From assembly GCA_047445235.1 (NCBI GenBank), contig JBLGEO010000045.1, positions 1 to 40,275 of the forward strand: DNA of 40,275 bases. Direction: 5' to 3'. Position 1 is the stretch's first letter. Each line of letters starts with the position of its first letter. The translations under genes and the position numbers were made by a program. The notes below the pieces were generated by a model, which was not told the origin of the DNA, searched no databases, and saw only the letters and a list, made by a program, of their open reading frames with translations. The DNA is from Candidatus Dojkabacteria bacterium. Lineage in GTDB: Bacteria; Patescibacteriota; Dojkabacteria; J137. Positions 37,851-40,275 of this stretch are shown in pieces.

Positions 37851-39131
37851 ATGTCTTCATTAGTAATAGAAGGTGGTCACCCATTAAAAGGTACTGTGAC
37901 ACCTATGCCAAATAAAAATTCCATTTTAAAGATTATTCCTGCTGCTGTTTTAGCAGATGCACCGGTAATTATCCACAATGTTCCAAAGAGTACTTCTGTT
38001 AGAGTTCTTCTACAGATTTTTAAACAGCTCGGAGGAAAAGTTGCATATCTAAAAGACAATACTATTAGGTTAGATGGAACAACTATAGATACTTCTGCAG
38101 TCGATGAGGTATTAGCCGGAAAGGAAAGATCTTCTTTCTTATTCTTGGGCCCATTGGTTTCTAGATTTGGAAAAGCTTCAATTAGAGATGGAGGTGGATG
38201 TAAATTAGGAAACAGACCACTCGACACCTTATTCCAAGGTCTAAGAGGTTTGGGAGTTGAGGTTGATAGTGGAGATGGGTATAAGATTAGTGCAAAAGAA
38301 TTAAGAGGAGATAAGATATGGCTATTAGAAGCTTCTGTTACTGGAACTGAAAATCTTGTTCTTGCTGCTGTTAAAGCAAAAGGAACTACAGTAATTTACA
38401 ATGCTGCCTGTGAACCACATACTCAAGATCTTTGTAATTTCTTAGTTTCAGTTGGTGCAAAAATTTCTGGAATTGGAACTAATCAATTAACTATAGAGGG
38501 TGTTGATAACCTAAGTGGAGGAGAATGGACTATTATTTCTGACCATGTAGATATTGGAGGTTTGATAGTTACGGCTCTAGTTACTGATGGTGAAATAACA
38601 ATTAAGAACGCAATTCCTCAGCACATGACTCAAATTATTAATTACTTTAGAAAGTTAAACGCAAAAATTAAAATCCAAGGTGAGGATATCTTTATCCCAA
38701 GCGGACAGAATCTTGTTGCAAAGAAGAATATAAAAGGCGACATGGATAAAATTAATGACCTTCCATGGCCAGGATTCCCTGTAGATTTAATTCCACAGGC
38801 TTTAGTTTTAGCACTTAAAGCAAAAGGAGAGATTAGAGTTTACTCAACTCTATACGAGGTTCAGTTAATTGAATTATTCTCTGAGTTATTTAAGATGAAT
38901 GCAAAGATGACAATGGGTAATCCAAACATGATTATTACTTATGGACCAGTAGATTTTGTTGGGACAAAGGTAAATTCTTCTACGATTTTGCAATGTACTC
39001 ATGCATTAGTCCTTGCCGCTCTTGCTGCAAAAGGTAAGACTACAATTGATAATGCAGATATTATATATAGAAGATTCCCAGAGATTGTCCAAACTTTAAC
39101 TGCACTTGGTGCAAAAATAGAGAAAGCATAA
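37851..39131 (+). CDS. murA: UDP-N-acetylglucosamine 1-carboxyvinyltransferase
   Basis: IEGGHPLKG, NKNS (catalytic Lys), GGCKLGNRPLD (Cys115-type loop), SVTGTEN, NAACEPH, PWPGFPVD. Confidence 0.95.
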   Translation: MSSLVIEGGHPLKGTVTPMPNKNSILKIIPAAVLADAPVIIHNVPKSTSVRVLLQIFKQLGGKVAYLKDNTIRLDGTTIDTSAVDEVLAGKERSSFLFLGPLVSRFGKASIRDGGGCKLGNRPLDTLFQGLRGLGVEVDSGDGYKISAKELRGDKIWLLEASVTGTENLVLAAVKAKGTTVIYNAACEPHTQDLCNFLVSVGAKISGIGTNQLTIEGVDNLSGGEWTIISDHVDIGGLIVTALVTDGEITIKNAIPQHMTQIINYFRKLNAKIKIQGEDIFIPSGQNLVAKKNIKGDMDKINDLPWPGFPVDLIPQALVLALKAKGEIRVYSTLYEVQLIELFSELFKMNAKMTMGNPNMIITYGPVDFVGTKVNSSTILQCTHALVLAALAAKGKTTIDNADIIYRRFPEIVQTLTALGAKIEKA

Positions 39132-39688
39132 TGCAAGAGCAGATTACTCAACCACAACAACCGAAGGAAGTTGTTATTGAGAAATATTTTGGTACAAAAT
39201 ATTTCCTAAGGAAACCTGTAAAACTTTCCGATGGGGATGTTACTTTAGTAGAACCACTTTCCCTTCAAGAGTTCGAAAAAGAAGTATCTCAAACAATTAA
39301 GGAGATGCTTTTGCCACTAGGTTTTACTTTTCCAGATACATATCCAATTCTTTGGCTTTATTGCTCTTATGCAAATCCAAGTCTTTTAAGAAAGGCCTAT
39401 TTTAAGAATAACTACCCGCATACACTACAGAACCTATTGATTAAATACTACAAACAAGAGGATGGAAGAAATGTTGTTGAAGTCTCTGGAATATTCGGTC
39501 ATAACGTTGCAGTTGGTAAATTTTACTTTGATGATAATAGTGAAAATTTAGGGAAAGAACTGGCCGTTGAGTCAATTGCTCAGACAGATGAAGAAGAACT
39601 TTTGGCAGATCTTTCTAGAAGACAAGCCCATTGGATTGCGTATATGGAACAAATGAGACCTTTACATTTTGGCTCAATTTTTGACTAA
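39131..39688 (+). CDS. Hypothetical protein translationally coupled to murA
   Basis: 185-aa ORF with a TAATG stop/start overlap. Confidence 0.7.
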   Translation: MQEQITQPQQPKEVVIEKYFGTKYFLRKPVKLSDGDVTLVEPLSLQEFEKEVSQTIKEMLLPLGFTFPDTYPILWLYCSYANPSLLRKAYFKNNYPHTLQNLLIKYYKQEDGRNVVEVSGIFGHNVAVGKFYFDDNSENLGKELAVESIAQTDEEELLADLSRRQAHWIAYMEQMRPLHFGSIFD

Positions 39689-39773
39689 TAAAATATATGA
39701 AGTTAATTTTAGAGAAATTGGTAGTTATAAGCCACAAGCGTTAGAATTGTTAAATACTTATAAATAAAAGTCT

Positions 39774-40275
39774 ATGAAAAATTTACGAGATGCTCCAGCA
39801 GTTGTAATAGCATTTGTATATATGTTGGTAAGCCTACCGAATATGATTTTCTCAATACCAGGATTATTTTCTTCAATTAATTTTTCTGGTTTTAGAATTA
39901 GCTTTGACCTTGGATCACCTATTTCGTCTTTGCTTTCTTTTGTTAGTCTAATTAGTAAATTTGGATTAATCTTACCAGTAATGTTTTTTATAGTGTCGCT
40001 TATATTCTGTATTATATTTAGCGCTAGAAAAGTAAATAGTTTAATTGTTTATTACATAATTTCTATCTTTGTAATAATTTTTGCAGACATGGATATATTC
40101 CTATTCACCTCCGGAAGGGGATATATAAATTATGCTGATACACTGGGTGGATCTTTATACACAAATTACCCCGTAATTAATAGTTCAGAAATACTTACAC
40201 TATTAACATCTATAACCTCAATTATCTTTATGATAACTGTTATCTATTTCCTAAGCAGGTATAAAAACTTAGGTA
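39774..40275 (+). CDS. Hypothetical multi-pass membrane protein (runs off the window end; not in the ORF track)
   Basis: Frame from the ATG at 39774 (MKNLRDAPAVVIAFVYMLVSLP...) is open to the window end, with about four hydrophobic segments. Confidence 0.65.
   Translation, partial: MKNLRDAPAVVIAFVYMLVSLPNMIFSIPGLFSSINFSGFRISFDLGSPISSLLSFVSLISKFGLILPVMFFIVSLIFCIIFSARKVNSLIVYYIISIFVIIFADMDIFLFTSGRGYINYADTLGGSLYTNYPVINSSEILTLLTSITSIIFMITVIYFLSRYKNLG

Noticed and set aside
653-38227. Short overlapping ORFs in the track (e.g. 653-1039, 3582-3848, 6045-6482, 7552-7866, those inside the giant genes, 37877-38227)
   Set aside because: Antisense or off-frame shadows of well-supported genes with no motifs.
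1-40275. Alternative genetic code (UGA read as Gly or Trp)
   Set aside because: An 18.8 kb Gly-rich ORF has no in-frame TGA, and TGA ends genes at plausible positions (32727, 36704).

Overview
A low-GC bacterial window read with genetic code 11 (TGA is used as a stop). Gene content and style suggest a Patescibacteria/CPR genome, possibly Dojkabacteria, though this is inference only. The left flank (1-8 kb) holds a short-form alaS, a stand-alone prepilin-peptidase N-terminal domain, a PP2C-like protein, an N-terminal-only uvrB, a dNMP-kinase-like P-loop protein, ORFans, nth, a STAS/SpoIIAA-like gene and tRNA-Phe. The centre (8.3-33.4 kb) is a 25 kb co-oriented surface-protein locus. Its first gene encodes a 6281-aa protein in which six IPT/TIG domains are each split by an inserted glycine-rich domain (five of ALK/LTK-like type), followed by about 22 'FYYKD' Ig-like repeats and a duplicated C-terminal domain. 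The locus continues with a type I membrane Ig protein, a 1497-aa Ig-repeat protein and a membrane-anchored TPR protein. The right flank holds an HExxH membrane protein, a ferric-reductase/NOX-like flavocytochrome, a CCCC-motif PsbP-like protein, tRNA-Val, ydeI, murA and hypothetical genes. Short palindromic REP-like repeats occur around tRNA-Val/ydeI, and one near-identical copy sits in frame inside alaS. No integrase, transposase, reverse transcriptase or CRISPR array was seen. Domain names come from motif recognition by eye, not database searches, and internal domain coordinates are approximate.
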